A stretch of 64,000 bases of DNA from Alphaproteobacteria bacterium (GTDB lineage: Bacteria > Pseudomonadota > Alphaproteobacteria > MPNO01 > UBA830). Shown here one piece after another: positions 19,500 to 31,700 of the stretch. The notes beneath the pieces were generated by a model. The model worked only from the letters and a program-made list of their open reading frames with translations. It was not told where the DNA came from and ran no database searches. How positions within the stretch are numbered: the stretch's first letter is position 1; every line of letters starts with the position of its first letter. The DNA lies in the NCBI GenBank assembly GCA_965243135.1, contig OZ251539.1, positions 5,440,001-5,504,000 on the forward strand. Direction: 5' to 3'. Made by a program: the position numbers and the translations under genes.

Positions 19500-22491
19500 T
19501 TAGTGCCTGGACTGGACAGCGGGCTGGAGTGACAGTTTGTTTCGCACCGTGTTCACCCAAGTTTGTCCGGGCGTCCCCCAACCGAGGATTTGGGCCGCGA
19601 CGGCCGCATCCAGTTCTAACCGCGTTTCGTCTTCGAGCATGTCGGCGAACCCTTTGAGCTTCTTCGTTGCGAGCCGTTCGAAGGCATCCTTGGCGGCCGC
19701 AAGCTCGGTCTGCCCGAATTTCCGCACATCCAGTACCGGCAGTTGCCTGATGCTCTCGATGGGCAGTCGGCTTCTCCCCAAGTATGGGCGGTTGGCGTAG
19801 CAAATGCGGACAAGCAGTCCGAGGGTCGAGTTCCACCACAACGCAAGCGCTTCTTCCGCGCCGCCCTTGGGCTCCCTCAACCGCAGCGTATTCCAGGAGG
19901 CGACGCCGAGCGCTTCCACGTCCGTCATCACGGCCCCAACGCTTTGCGGCGCATGGCCGAGTTCGGTGGCGATATGCAACCTTCCTTTCCTGCCCGCGAT
20001 CTTCTCGTATTCTTGTTCTCTCCCCTTTTTCGACCAGACCCGCGCATTGGGGCGTTGTGCCACCGACCTTATCTCCTGCCACTTATGATGCCACATGGCC
20101 GGCAGGCCGGAACCATCCCAGTTTTCCTCTATCTCGCACGGCGCTTCCCGCCCCTTGATCGCCAGATCGCGGGGACCGGTCCACACCAAGTCCTCCACCC
20201 GGCACACGGGTATGTCTCCGCCCTTCGTTCGCCCGTTCGTGGCGATTGCGATCCCGGTCTGAACGAGTTCCGTATCGGAAAGCGCTGTCGCCGCCGCCAG
20301 ATTGACATCCCATTTCTCCCCGGTGCCGCTCGTGCGAAGGATCTCTCCCCAAACACGCTTGGTTCCCGCTGTCCGGACCTCTGCGATGCGTCCCGGCGTG
20401 TCGGTGGCGTGCGGAATGTCCTTTTCCCCAATCGCAGCAAGTTCTCGGGCCACCGCTTGGGCGTCAGCCGGCGTGTCCGGGTTGCGAGCCAGATTGACTA
20501 CCTTGATGTCGCGGGGGGGGGGGGGGGCGTTTTCGCTTCCGCGCCACGATCATCGTCTCCGCGATCCGGGTGGATTCCGAAAACGATACATGCCGCCTCC
20601 CGGGGGTGCTTTCCGTCTTCGGGCGGTTTCTGGGGTCGTGGCTTACCACCACCCACTCAATTTCGTATCCGTTGTGCCACGTGGCCCGCATCTCGGACCA
20701 GTCGCTGCCCGTGATGACGTTCGCCGGCAGAACGATGGCAAGCGTCCCGCCGTCCCGCAGCCGTTCGTCGGCAAGCAGCGCGAACGCGCTTCCTCCGGCC
20801 CGCATTGTCGCCGGGGTCCTGGATAACCTCTTCGTCAACTCCTTGCGCATGTCCGCCGCGTCCTTCGGGTTCGTCATCAGCCCGTAGAACGGCTTCCATG
20901 TGTTGGTTCCGTTCACGACAGCCGTGTTGCCGGCCGACTTGAAAAACGGGGGGTTCAGGATCGCGACGTCGAGTTCCGTTGCAAGTATCGCCAGCGCCTC
21001 TGCCTCCCTTTTTGCGGGATCCTTTTGATCCTGGCTGGAATGAAGCGGTAGGCTCTCCTCCTCGTAGGCATTGCCTGTTTTCGAATTCCTCAGCAGGTCC
21101 AGCGCACCGAGACGGGCGACGCGCTCCTTGTCACGTTTCTGCACCTCGAGGGGCATTGTCCGCAGGTTGGTCCGGTCGATGCGATCCTGAGGGTGGTACA
21201 TGCATAGAGTCGCAGCCGCGAGGTGAATCACCGCGACAACGACGTCTCTTCCCCACAGGATGTCTTCGACAAGGGCCTTGTTGAGTGCCGAGGCCTCACG
21301 TCCGGCCTGTTCCGCGTGACGGCGCCTTATTGCCCCGGCGGAGGCGACCAGCAGGGTCCCGGTTCCGCATGCCGGATCGCCAACTCTGAGTCTTCTGATG
21401 TCGTCCAGGTCGCTCCAGTTTATTTGTACTCCGTCGAACGCGAGCTCGGCGAGCATGATCGCAGCCGGCAAGGTCGTGTAGTTCGGCGAAAGGTACTTTC
21501 CGCCTATCAGCAGCCGATGGAAAACCCTGCCCGCGAGGTCGTGCTGCTGGCCAACCCCGCACCGGGCAAGATGTTCCGCCGAGGGCTGCAGGCAATCCAG
21601 GATATCGCCGGCGACCGGCTCGGGGATGCAGTCAAGCGCCTGCGCGGCCGGCTCCATGACCGGAAGCCAGTTCACCTTGAGGATCGTCTCCCACTTCTGC
21701 CGGGTTTCGGACCTGGTTTCTCCCAAGCGTCGCGGGGATAACCCGTCAACATGCGGCGTGAGAAGTTCGTGCAGCACCATTGCATTCGCGAGAACCAGTA
21801 CCGCCGCCCTGGACTGGGAGATTTCATCGATCGCCAACCGGTCCAGGTTGAGTGCGCGACAGACCGCCTCCCTCGTGCTTCCCTGGTTCGTCAGCATATC
21901 CGCTGCCGCCTCAGCGGCAGCTTCAAGGTGCGACACGACGCGATCGACTTGGTCGGTATCTCTTTCCCAAGCGACATAGCGTTCGTTCAGCACAGCCCCG
22001 AGCTCTTCAACCGACACTTTACGGGCGCTTTCCGCCCATTTTATTCTTCCCTCGGAGACTTCGCCCGTGCGTATCTGGATATGATCGGTTTCGCGGAGCG
22101 GGACCTTCATTCTGGATTCTGGAACGTCTTCAAGATCCGGGGGATATTGGACGGCCGCGACCACCCGTATCGGCTTTCCCTTTACGAGGGTCCGCACATG
22201 GGCCGCGCATTGCGCCTCGCCGCTGCCGTCACCGTGCCACTTGCATTCGACTCCGATCCACTCGCTCGTTCGCTCGATCCTTATATCGGGACGCTTGGCC
22301 CCTGCGCTGCTCTCGGCCTCGCAATCGATGCCGCATAGTTCCCGCAACAACTCGGCGAGCTTGACGTTTGCGCTGTATTCCGGTGTGCCGACCATCTCGT
22401 CTCCTTGCTTTGGTGCCTGCTCTCTCACCGCATAGCCCGCTAAACGAAGACCTTTTGCGGTTATGTCCTGTTCCTTCGACGCGGTCGCCAT
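19500..22491 (-). pseudogene. Type IIG-like fused restriction-modification enzyme, frameshifted in a C15 tract (possibly phase-variable)
   Basis: N-terminal PD...ECK nuclease motif, DPACGTG, LNPPF. The C-terminal TRD-like part (19500-20512) lies in another frame; C14 or C17 restores ...RDIKVVNLARNP. Start codon uncertain. Confidence 0.85.
20513..20527. repeat. G15 homopolymer (C15 on the coding strand)
   Basis: Directly counted; sits exactly at the frame break. Confidence 0.95.
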
Positions 22492-22819
22492 CCGGCAGTT
22501 TCCGGTTGCGGAGCAGGGGTCGCCATGAGGCGCCGGAAAGTCAGGCATTCGAGAAACTTGCGGCTATCGGAGATGATCCATCTGTCAGGCATCCTATCCC
22601 CCCATCAGCATGAGGATGACCGCCCCGAGGATGAGCGGCCACCACAGGAGATGGGCGGCGAGGCGCTTTCGCGCCCGCGCCCGCAGCCTTCGGAGACGGG
22701 CTTGCGGCGTCATCCGAACAACCACAGCAGGCTGAAGGCGCAACCGAGTCCGCGGAAGCCGTGGCGTCGTCGACGCCCGGGCGCTCCTTTTCCGGCGCCC
22801 GGGATCGGGCTTCCAGCAC

Positions 22820-23868
22820 GGGAATCGTTTCGCGACATGCCGGGCGTCCTCCAGAGTCGCCGCCTCGTCGCAAAGCCCCTCTCCCGCAAGAAAGCGAAGG
22901 ATGTCCTCGTAGATCTTGACCCTGTATCCGGTTGCGGGACACGCGTTCCTGGCGCCGGGCCGATTCGAGGCCGCCGCTCCGAAGAGCGATTCGCGCGACG
23001 AGTTCGCCATCGAAGAAACGCACGCTCCGCACGGAAGACCCGCGTCCGGGAACCAGGATCAGGCGGGCGGCGGTTTTCGCGCCATCTCGCGCAACGCCGG
23101 CGCCATATCCAGGGAATACGACGGTCAGGAACCGGTTCGCCCGGTTCTGGCGGTCCGATCTCGGAACGCGCGAAGGTTGGCACGTTCCTGTCCAGGGCTT
23201 CCACGGAACGGCGAAATTTCTGATGGTAGTTGCGGACGTAGGGCGGCGACGTCAGCGCGAGATCGACCGAACCGTCTTCGAACGGAAGCGATCTCGCGTC
23301 CGCCTGATGGACGACCGGTGGTCCCGGAGACAGGGGCGGGTTGCGCGCGGCATGGTTGAGCCTCGTCCAGTTCTTCGGACCGGTATCGGCGTCCAGGCGC
23401 TCGCGGTGAAAGTCGCACGGCGCCACCAACGCCGCGGCCAGATTCCGCGCGACGCCGAGAGGGGGGCCGCGCCAGATCCCGACGAGTCCGATTTCGAGCC
23501 CGGCGCGGTTCGAGAGTTCTCCGAACGGCGGTCCGGCGGCCTCGCCGGCGACCTCCAGAAAGTCGGCGCGGAGACGGTCGAACGCCGCATTGCGGGCGGC
23601 TTCGTCCGGCATCCGATACACTCTTGCGAGGATCATGGCGGCGGGGTTCAGTTCGCTGCCGCAGCGCGGCCCCGCCGCCTCCACAAGCGTCGTCACGGGG
23701 CCGGCAAAGGGATCCGGAACGACGGCGCCGCGCGGCGCGTAGGCGGCCAACAACTCCTCGACGAGTTGCGGCGAAAACTGACCGGCCCAAGGAAAGGGGT
23801 TCGTCCGCATTTTCCGATCGATATTCAGGCTGGATTGCGGCAGCGACTCCCGGTCGAGTGCGAACATG
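22820..23868 (-). pseudogene. Decayed amino (probably m4C) DNA methyltransferase
   Basis: WAGQFSPQLVE, degenerate DPFAGP motif I, LTSPPY motif IV; several frame changes downstream. Confidence 0.7.
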
Positions 23869-23992
23869 GCCAAGGCTTCTTGAGGAGACGCAGAACCTGC
23901 TTGCATGAAATGACTCTAACCCGCGTCCACCGGAATTGTCCAACGGTGCCTGACCGGTTCGCATGGAGGCTTTCACGGCTCGCGGCCCGAAC

Positions 23993-24230
23993 GAGACCGC
24001 TTGCCGACCTTGACCCCCTGCCGGGCCAGCGCGTCGGCGCGCGGCCTGTCGAGGCGCGCGTTACCGTTTCCGGAACGGTCGGCCGACAGGCACGGCCCGC
24101 CGTTGTCCGGCGTGCAGGGAACCGCAGGAACGCTGCGGCGGGAACTGGCCGAGGCCGGGCGGACGACCCGGTTATTGCCGGGAAGGCGAAAAACCCGGGA
24201 TTCCGCTCCGGCGAGTCATTGCCGCGTTAT
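23993..24230 (-). repeat. Internally deleted copy of the mob-accessory region 26670-27380
   Basis: Joins sequence matching ~26670-26720 to sequence matching ~27145-27380. Confidence 0.65.
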
Positions 24231-24349
24231 TTTCCGTGTCGCTGCAAGATTTTCCGTGCCGCCGCAAGCCGCGGCGGCGAGCGTCCCCGGCAGGCACCGC
24301 GACCGTTCTGGCCGGCCGCGGCCCGCCCGGCAAGGAAAACCGCGCGGCG

Positions 24350-25687
24350 CTATTCGAAAAAAGCGAACAAAGGTCCGGCCATCACCGCATGGGCGCGTTC
24401 GGCATCGTGGATTCCGACGAGATGGTCGACGATCGCCTGCAGCCCCGCCGGCGGGATGCTCTCTCCGACGATTTCCCGTATCGTCTTGTCGCTCAAGCGC
24501 TTGTCGTCCGCGCGAGCCCATCGGTAGGCATACCGGTCGAGCGTGTGGAGAAGAAACGCCTCGTGGAGGGAAAGCACCCTGTTCTGTTCCGGGTGAAGCT
24601 TGTTGTCGCTGCAGGCGTACGACAGGTTGCGGGTCAATGCGCTCGCGGGCTTGTCGTAAGACATTCGCTTGTAGGCCGAGGTGTAGCCGCGCATGAGCTC
24701 GCGTTTGCCGTTCCGCTCGACGCTGGGTCGCGGCAGTAGCTCGCGGCACCGCTCGCAATGAACCGGCGTCGTCCGGGAAGTCCGGTTGACGCCGTTGCCG
24801 TCGCGCCGCGCGATATGCGTCGGATTTTCGTCGAACCCGCATTTCGCGCACTGGTTGTCGAACGCGCTTCGCTCCGCCGGCGTGTTTTCCACCCACCAGT
24901 ATTTCGTCGAATCCAGCAACGGCACGCGGTGGAACGGTATTTCGGAGGAAGCTGCGTGGGCGCTCTTCGCGTCGAGAGGCGGAAGCCCCCCGATCGCCTC
25001 CCGCACCGTAACCCATGGAGCTGCGTTCCGGCCGTCGAGGGTTTGGGCATGCGTTCGCGGCGGCATGAAGGTTCCGCAGCGGGAGAACCATTCCACCAGC
25101 TGCGGATTGCGGGAGAACACGGATATCAGCCGTTGCCTGCATTGCGGCACCCCGTAATTCGCGAACTCGACGACCTCTCCGCGACCGACGTAATCCGAAC
25201 CCAGCTCCCTCTTCACGAATTCAACGATCTGGATGGGGGAGCCGCTCCCGTCCAGGATCAGCGTGTCCGCCATTTCCGGCACGTTCTCGAGGAGAACGAT
25301 CTCCGGCCGCAAACGGCGCGCGATCTCCATGGCGGGAATGATGAGGCGGTTGCGCTCGTCGAGAGCCGGCTTCTCGCCGGCCCTGATGGCGGCCAGGAGT
25401 TTTCCCCTGCCGTTCTTCGACATCCCCTGACAGGGCGGGGTGGCGTAGAGCAGCGTGAGTCCGCGGCCGGCCAGGCGCTTCAGGGTTTCGCTTTCGATCG
25501 AATCGACGTTCTTCCGGACGTCTCCGGTGATCGCCGCCGTTTCCGGATGGTTGCAGGCGAATACGGCGTGCCGGTCCTCGAGGAGTTCGCTCGACACGAG
25601 GATATCGAACCCGGCCTGCCGCAACGCGAGGTCGCCGACGCCGCCGGACGAAAAAAGGCTTATCGCTGTCTTTCGCGCTTCCAGCAT
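24350..25687 (-). CDS. C5 cytosine DNA methyltransferase with a Cys4 insertion
   Basis: SLFSSGG, PPCQGMS, ENV, PQCRQR motifs; CAKC...CERC in the variable region. Confidence 0.9.
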   Translation of the reverse strand: MLEARKTAISLFSSGGVGDLALRQAGFDILVSSELLEDRHAVFACNHPETAAITGDVRKNVDSIESETLKRLAGRGLTLLYATPPCQGMSKNGRGKLLAAIRAGEKPALDERNRLIIPAMEIARRLRPEIVLLENVPEMADTLILDGSGSPIQIVEFVKRELGSDYVGRGEVVEFANYGVPQCRQRLISVFSRNPQLVEWFSRCGTFMPPRTHAQTLDGRNAAPWVTVREAIGGLPPLDAKSAHAASSEIPFHRVPLLDSTKYWWVENTPAERSAFDNQCAKCGFDENPTHIARRDGNGVNRTSRTTPVHCERCRELLPRPSVERNGKRELMRGYTSAYKRMSYDKPASALTRNLSYACSDNKLHPEQNRVLSLHEAFLLHTLDRYAYRWARADDKRLSDKTIREIVGESIPPAGLQAIVDHLVGIHDAERAHAVMAGPLFAFFE

Positions 25688-25695
25688 AGCGAAGA

Positions 25696-25995
25696 CTACA
25701 GCGGGACTTGCTTGCCTCCGCCGGCGCGGCGGACGACGTCTCCCGTTCCGCGAACGATGTAGTCGACGGGGAAGGTCGGGCCGCGCTCCTCCGTCGGCGG
25801 ACGAAGCAGTTCCTCCGTACCGACTCCGAGGCAAGTCGACAGTTTCTCAAGCGTATCGAGCGTCGGACTCTTGAGTCCTCGCTCCAGTTGACAGGTCCGA
25901 TCAAGGCCGGCCGCGCCGCCGAGTGCCTCCTGACTCAACCACGCGCGTTCGCGGTAATGCCTGAGGGCGGCGGGAAAGAGCTTGGAAAGCGACAT
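25696..25995 (-). CDS. XRE-HTH R-M controller (C)-like protein, probably a truncated C-REase fusion
   Basis: LSQEALG...LDRT-QLERGLKSPTLDTLEKL (residues missing in the recognition helix); short extra C-terminal tail; directly upstream of the MTase. Confidence 0.65.
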   Translation of the reverse strand: MSLSKLFPAALRHYRERAWLSQEALGGAAGLDRTCQLERGLKSPTLDTLEKLSTCLGVGTEELLRPPTEERGPTFPVDYIVRGTGDVVRRAGGGKQVPL

Positions 25996-26005
25996 GGAGG
26001 CAAGC

Positions 26006-26044
26006 CTGCCGTTTTCGAAAACGGCAGACTACGGACTATAGTCC
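26006..26044. promoter_or_regulatory. Palindromic operator(s), C-box-like
   Basis: Perfect 22-bp palindrome CTGCCGTTTTCGAAAACGGCAG (26006-26027) and GGACTATAGTCC (26033-26044), just upstream of the HTH gene. Confidence 0.6.
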
Positions 26045-26558
26045 ACAATTCCTGCGCGCTATGCGCGGGTTTCTTCCCTGCGCGCGGGATCTTCGGAAGA
26101 AGGACGCCGCCGTCCGGAGGCGGCCGGGTTTCCAGGCGTAGTTCGCTGATTTACGTTTCCGGCGGCGTTGTCTTGCCCGACATCCCGCGACGGGGTGAAC
26201 GAGGCAAGGTTCCGCCGTGTCTTGCTGCCCGGAACGAGACGCCGGCCCGCGCGCCGTCGGCTGACGCCGGAGGCGGAGCGTTCCCCCGGCTTTCGTCCCG
26301 ACCGGAACCCCGGTTCGTCTCTTGCCGCGGTCGGTCCGTTGCCTTTCGAGAGCGTTTCCCCGGACGACGGAGAGCGCTGAACGCGCCTGTTGTCGCGTTG
26401 CACGAACAGGAACGGAGTCGCGAGCAGGTGAACTGGCGGCGGCGAAGCGAGGGCTCCTTCGGGCGGACGAAGACTGCGTTCAAGGACGCTCCGCCGCGCT
26501 GCGCGGAAGCGCCTCGTTACGGCGATCCCTTGCCCGGTTTCCGACAGGCCGCACGATA

Positions 26559-26876
26559 TCAGTACCGCTCCTCTCGCGCGGGCCTGTTCGGGAGGTTTTC
26601 GGGCGCGGGCGCCTTCGTCCGCGCCGGCTTCCTTTCCGGCAGCTTGCCGGTGTCCAGAAAGGCCCTCAAAGACCGCTCGCCGACCTTGACGCCCTGCCGG
26701 CCCAGCGCGTCGGCGAGCGCCTTGACGGAGGCTCCCTCCGCGACCTTCTCCTTCAGGAGCGAGGCCATTTCCTCCAATATCTCCTGGTAGGTCACGCGCT
26801 CCGGCCTGACCTTCCGGATCTCCGCGCGCAGCGCCTCGGCGTCGAATTCGACCGCCTTCATGCTCTTCTCAGCCAT
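26559..26876 (-). CDS. Small mobilisation-accessory (MobC-like) protein
   Basis: 105 aa helical protein with GASVKALADALGRQGVKVGERSLRAFL; RBS present; divergent from the relaxase. Confidence 0.55.
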   Translation of the reverse strand: MAEKSMKAVEFDAEALRAEIRKVRPERVTYQEILEEMASLLKEKVAEGASVKALADALGRQGVKVGERSLRAFLDTGKLPERKPARTKAPAPENLPNRPAREERY

Positions 26877-27168
26877 CTTCTTCTCTCCTGTCCGTGCCGG
26901 GGCCGCGCAGATCCTCCGGCGTCAGCGCCAGCAACCGCTCCCGCGACGGAATCCGCCCCGGAAACCGGCCGGTCTCGATGAACGCCGCAAGCGAGCTTTC
27001 TTTGACGATGACGCCCTTCGCCGCCAGCCGGGCGCAGAGGATCTCCGCGGGGTCGCCTTCGTCGACGCGGCGCATCAGCAGGGCCCGGAACCGCTCCACC
27101 GCTTCGCGGTAACTCGGTCCACCCGTCGGGATTTTTTCGATTTCGGCGCGCAGCCTGTCGAGGCGCAT
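26869..27168 (-). CDS. Paralog of the adjacent MobC-like protein (start uncertain)
   Basis: LRAEIEKI...Y...EGD...LAAKGVIVKESSLAAFIETG aligns with LRAEIRKV...Y...EGA...LGRQGVKVGERSLRAFLDTG. Confidence 0.55.
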   Translation of the reverse strand: MRLDRLRAEIEKIPTGGPSYREAVERFRALLMRRVDEGDPAEILCARLAAKGVIVKESSLAAFIETGRFPGRIPSRERLLALTPEDLRGPGTDRREEDG

Positions 27169-27439
27169 GTGCGGCGTTACCGTTTCCGGAACGGTCCGTC
27201 GACAGACACGACCCGGCCCGCCGCCGTCCGGCGCGCCGGGAAACGCAGAATACCCTCGCGGACGGACCGAATGCAAGGATTGGCGATCCGGTTTTTGGCG
27301 GGGACCGGCCGGACGCCGGGAGCGCGACCCGGCCATTGTCTCGAAGGCGGGGAACCTGGAATTCCGGTCCGTCGCGCCGGCGTTGCACGCTGTTTTCGGA
27401 ACTCGCGGCGCGGCGGAACGGCGGCGGTTGCCTGACGTC

Positions 27440-28110
27440 ATGCCGGTCGGAGCGCTCTCTCCGACGGTCCTGGAGGCGCTGAAGGCCCGGGGGATCGCGC
27501 CGGAGCATTCGGTAATCACCGCGCAGCAGGGTTCGTCATTCCATTCGGCAACCGGAGAAGAGACGAGGCGCGGGGCCGCCGACGAGGACTTCGACCGACT
27601 ACCGGAGATCCTGGCGAAGCCCGAACCGGTGCCGTTGGACAGAGGCGGCGGGAGGAACAAGGCGCTGCTCTATGTGTTCTCGCCGACAACCTATGGAAGT
27701 CGTCAATCCGAACCGCGTTCGGAAAGGCAAAATCGTCGTGCGCTACAAGGAGGCGCAGCGCGACAAGACAGGAAACAAGCCGCGAAGGGCTACGAACTCC
27801 ATCGTCACTGCGGGTTATGTGGAGCGTCACAACCTCATACAGGATCGGTACAAGATTCTCGAAGGAGGGGTGGAACAATGCCGCCGGGACGAGACGCCAC
27901 CCTCGATCCAGTACGCTGGCCGGACGAAACCGGCAAACCATCTACCGGGACAGCGGTCTGGGTTTCCCCAATTACCCGGCCTACCCGGCGGCCACCGTCA
28001 TTATTAGGAGAGACGCCATGCCCGGCGCAAGCATGAAAGTCGAGATGATCGGCGCGGAGAAAGTCCGCCGCCGCCTCGACGAACTCGTCCGCGACGGTCA
28101 GGTCGCCACC
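27440..28110 (+). pseudogene. Mu-like prophage remnant: C-terminus of head morphogenesis protein F, then N-terminus of virion morphogenesis protein G
   Basis: Frameshifted VGALSP..LKARGI.PEHSVI...LPEILAKP...ALLYVF / GKIVV...NSIVTAGYV..NL...YKILEG; then RBS AGGAGA + MPGASMKVEMIGAEKVRRRLDEL. Confidence 0.5.
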
Positions 28111-28773
28111 CCGCTCGGGTTCGGGCGCCGGTTTCCCTATCGCCCCGGAAGCAGTTGCCGATGGCGTCGCGCCTCTTCCGTCCGGCGAGCGAACGCCGGA
28201 CCGCGCTCCATCTTGGAGATTCGGTCAAGGCTGACCTGGAACGGGAGGAAAGCAGCGGACATCGTCGGCTACGGCTTCGGTCCGCAAGGGCTACCTGGGA
28301 CGGTTCCTGCGGCGTTGAGAACATGCGCTGGAAGCTCGTCGGAATGCCGGATGACCGCGTTCGCGCATTTGGGTTGTCCGCAGATTTTCCGGCGCCGTCG
28401 CGAGCGACGCATGGGAAAAGGTCGCGCCGTCGGCAGCGTCAGGGGCAGAAACGGCGCCCGGCTGCAGGAGACCGACAGCGTCGCCGGAAAAACAGTTGTC
28501 GCGCGCGTCCGCCGGCTCCGGGCGGGGCCTCGTCCTTCTCCTCTCCACCTCGCGGGATGACGGCATGCCGGAGAACTCGGAGAAATGGGGCGACTTTTCA
28601 CGGGCGGCGCTTTTCGACATTCTCGGCGTCTGGAAGGATATGCCGAAGCCGCGAAAGGACCGGCTGGACGAGTTCCGGCACGAGAGAACGCCTTCCCGGC
28701 ATGCGGGGACCAGGGATGCAACCGGGGACAGCGGTCCTTTCAATTTTCTCCTTTGACGTGTAACGGGAACGCC

Positions 28774-31700
28774 ATGAACCAAGCGCCGGCCGCAGGCGAA
28801 CGCGCCGCCCTTCGCGGGTATCGCTGGCAGTACGACCGCATCGCGGCTCTCGTTTATGATGCGCTGCTCGACGGCGACCTGGAATTTCTGCGGCTGACGG
28901 ATCCCGAGGCCGGTCGCGTCGACGACCTGTTGCTTGTCCGGCGCGGTAGCGCCCATGGCTACCAGTTCAAGAGCGCCCTTTACGGCAGGGCGCTCACGTT
29001 CAACGAATTCGTCGGCAGGCAGCGCACGCACAGCGGAAACGAGGCGCCTTCCTTGCTCCGTTCTCTTTCGGACGGTTGGCTCGAGTTGCGGAGACGGCGG
29101 GGCGACGGTCATGTCCATTTCGTCACGAATCGGCCTGCATCGGTCAACGATCGTCTCGGCGGCGGCGCGGACGGGCCGTTTCACTTCCATGCGTTTTTGA
29201 CCCAAGTGCTCGAGCCGCTCCGCTCGGGCGGCGTTGCCCTGGACGACGTCGATGCCGGATGGCGTCCCGCGATTTCAAAGCTCCATGAGGAAAGCGGCCT
29301 CGCGGGCGAAGAGTTCGAGAGGTTTCTCCAGTCACTGCACATCGACGTTGCGGCCGGTCCCGGCGCGCCGGCGTCGCCGTCAATGCGGCGGACGGACATC
29401 CTTACCCTTTCCAACGCCCTCCAGCGGCGCGTCTCGGAAGCAACCGATGTCGTCGAGCTGACCGCCCGCGATGTTCTCGCCCTGGCAAGATGGGAAGGTC
29501 GCCCCCACCTGTATAACCGGCATGAATTTCCCGTCGACCTCGATACCTACCAACCGCTGACGGGGGCCATCGAGCAGCTGGTGGAATCCATTGAACGCCA
29601 TGACAACGGCTACCTTGCGCTAATCGGACCGCCGGGTTCCGGCAAATCTACATTGCTCAGTCAGGCGCTTTCGGGCAGCGCTGATCGGGTCGTCCGTTAC
29701 TACGCCTACGTCCCCCAGCCCGCTCCCGCCCGGACGCGCCTGACAGCCCGCGGGTTCCTGCACGATGTCGTCGTGATGCTGAGCGGACATGGCGCCGCGG
29801 GGCGCGAACTGCCCGGCAACGATATCGAAGCGCTTCGCCGACAATTCGCCGACAGCCTCGATGCCGCGAGTCAGGAATACCGACGTACAGGGCGCCGAAC
29901 GATCATTGTCGTCGACGGTCTTGACCATGTGGACCGCGACTATCCGGGCAACGATGGACTCCTGGGGGAATTGCCGCATCCTTGGGAGTTGCCGGACGGC
30001 GTCTTGTTTGTCGTCGGTAGCCGGACTCCCGATCCGCTTCCCGCGGACGCAAGGGAGCAACTTCGCGAACGAAACGCCGTTGTCGACCTCGAGCGTCACC
30101 GCCTGTCGCAGGCGGCCGTTCTCAAGATATGCGGCCGCTCGCCCGTCACGAAAGCTCTGTCGCTGGAGCTGCACCGGAGAATCCATGAACTCAGCGGAGG
30201 ATATCCGCTGGCGCTCGGCTACGTTCTGAACCGTCTTTCCGAAAGCGGCGGAACACCTGCGCACGAGGTGCTTGCGGAGTTGCCCGCATACGAGGGCGAT
30301 ATCGCCGCCGTATATGCGACGATATGGGACGAGGAGGAAGGCGACGACCGCATCGTGGAGATTTTCGCCGTCTGTTCCCGACTGCGAAACGGCTTCACGA
30401 CCGCGTGGCTTTCCGAGTGGGCGCCGCCCGCCGCCGTGCGGGCCTTCCGGCGCAGGCTCTCGTATCTGTTTCGTCGCCACCAGGACAGGTGGCGGTTTTT
30501 CCATGACTCGTTTCGACAATTTGCGGCGGATCGCACCGCATTGGGCGACGCGCAACGCCCGGACGAACGCGAGGAGAAGCGGATTCACAGACGCATTGCC
30601 GATCTTTGCGCCGAGGCGGCCGCCGACGGAATCGCCGACGAGCAGCTATATCACCGGGTTTGCGGGGAACAGCGCGATGAAGTCCTGGCCCTGGCGCAGC
30701 AAACGACGTTCCGGGACCAATTCCGCCGCCTGCGTTCGCCCGAACTCATTCGGCAAGACATTGCGCTTGCGCTGGATGTCGCGGCGGGTCGCGCCGACGT
30801 TCTGGCCATGGTCCGGCTGCTTCTCGCGCTTGGCGAGGCGACGCAGCGGGTTTTCGCTGTCGAGAACGTAAATTTGCCGGTCCTTCTCTACGAAGCCGGA
30901 CTGGAAAAGGAGGCGATCGCGTGGTGCGGAGGCGACAGTCCGCAGGTTCCCCTCGCGCACGCTTACGAACTGGCCGAAAAAATGGGGAAGGCCGGCGACC
31001 CCGAAGGCCGGCGAATCTTCGAGGCGATAGAGCACAACGGGATCGTCGATCGCGAGCGCTCCGCGGCGGGACGGGAGGATGTTGGGCCTGGACGAGGGCG
31101 GCAGCGCTGTTCCGTCCGCTGAACGGCGTGATAGCTGCCATACGGAACCAACTTGAGGCCGGATCGGTGCAGATGGACCGGGACGCCATGAGATGGCATC
31201 GATACATGAGGATGAACGCGGCGCTTATCGATGCCCTTGCTGTCAGGAATAGGGAAACGGCGCTCACGGATATCGATTCGGCTCTCGCAGAACATGTTGA
31301 ACAGCTCAAGGACGACGGATCCCGGCGAGAGAAGGTCGGCGGCGGGGAAGCCGATGAGCCGGACTCGGATCGCCACGTAGCCGGGCTCATAGACCTTCGT
31401 GTCCGTGCGCAGGCGATCCTGCTCGAACGAACGTCGACAGCCGCCGCTCGACCCTTTCTGGATCGATTGCTGTCCACGGTTCGTGACGTACCGCTCTTCG
31501 ATCGGACGAGGCTCGAGGCCGCGGAGCTTCTCGTTCGCCACGGAATCCTGAATGAAGCGGCCGCGTTGCTTGATCGCACGCGATACGGCAACGCTTTGAC
31601 CGTGCGGTCGTTAGGTCGCGACCGCCATCCGGACACCATCCGCCGCCATTTTCGGTACTGGCGACTTCGCCACCTCCTTGCTTCGAACGATGACCAAGTG

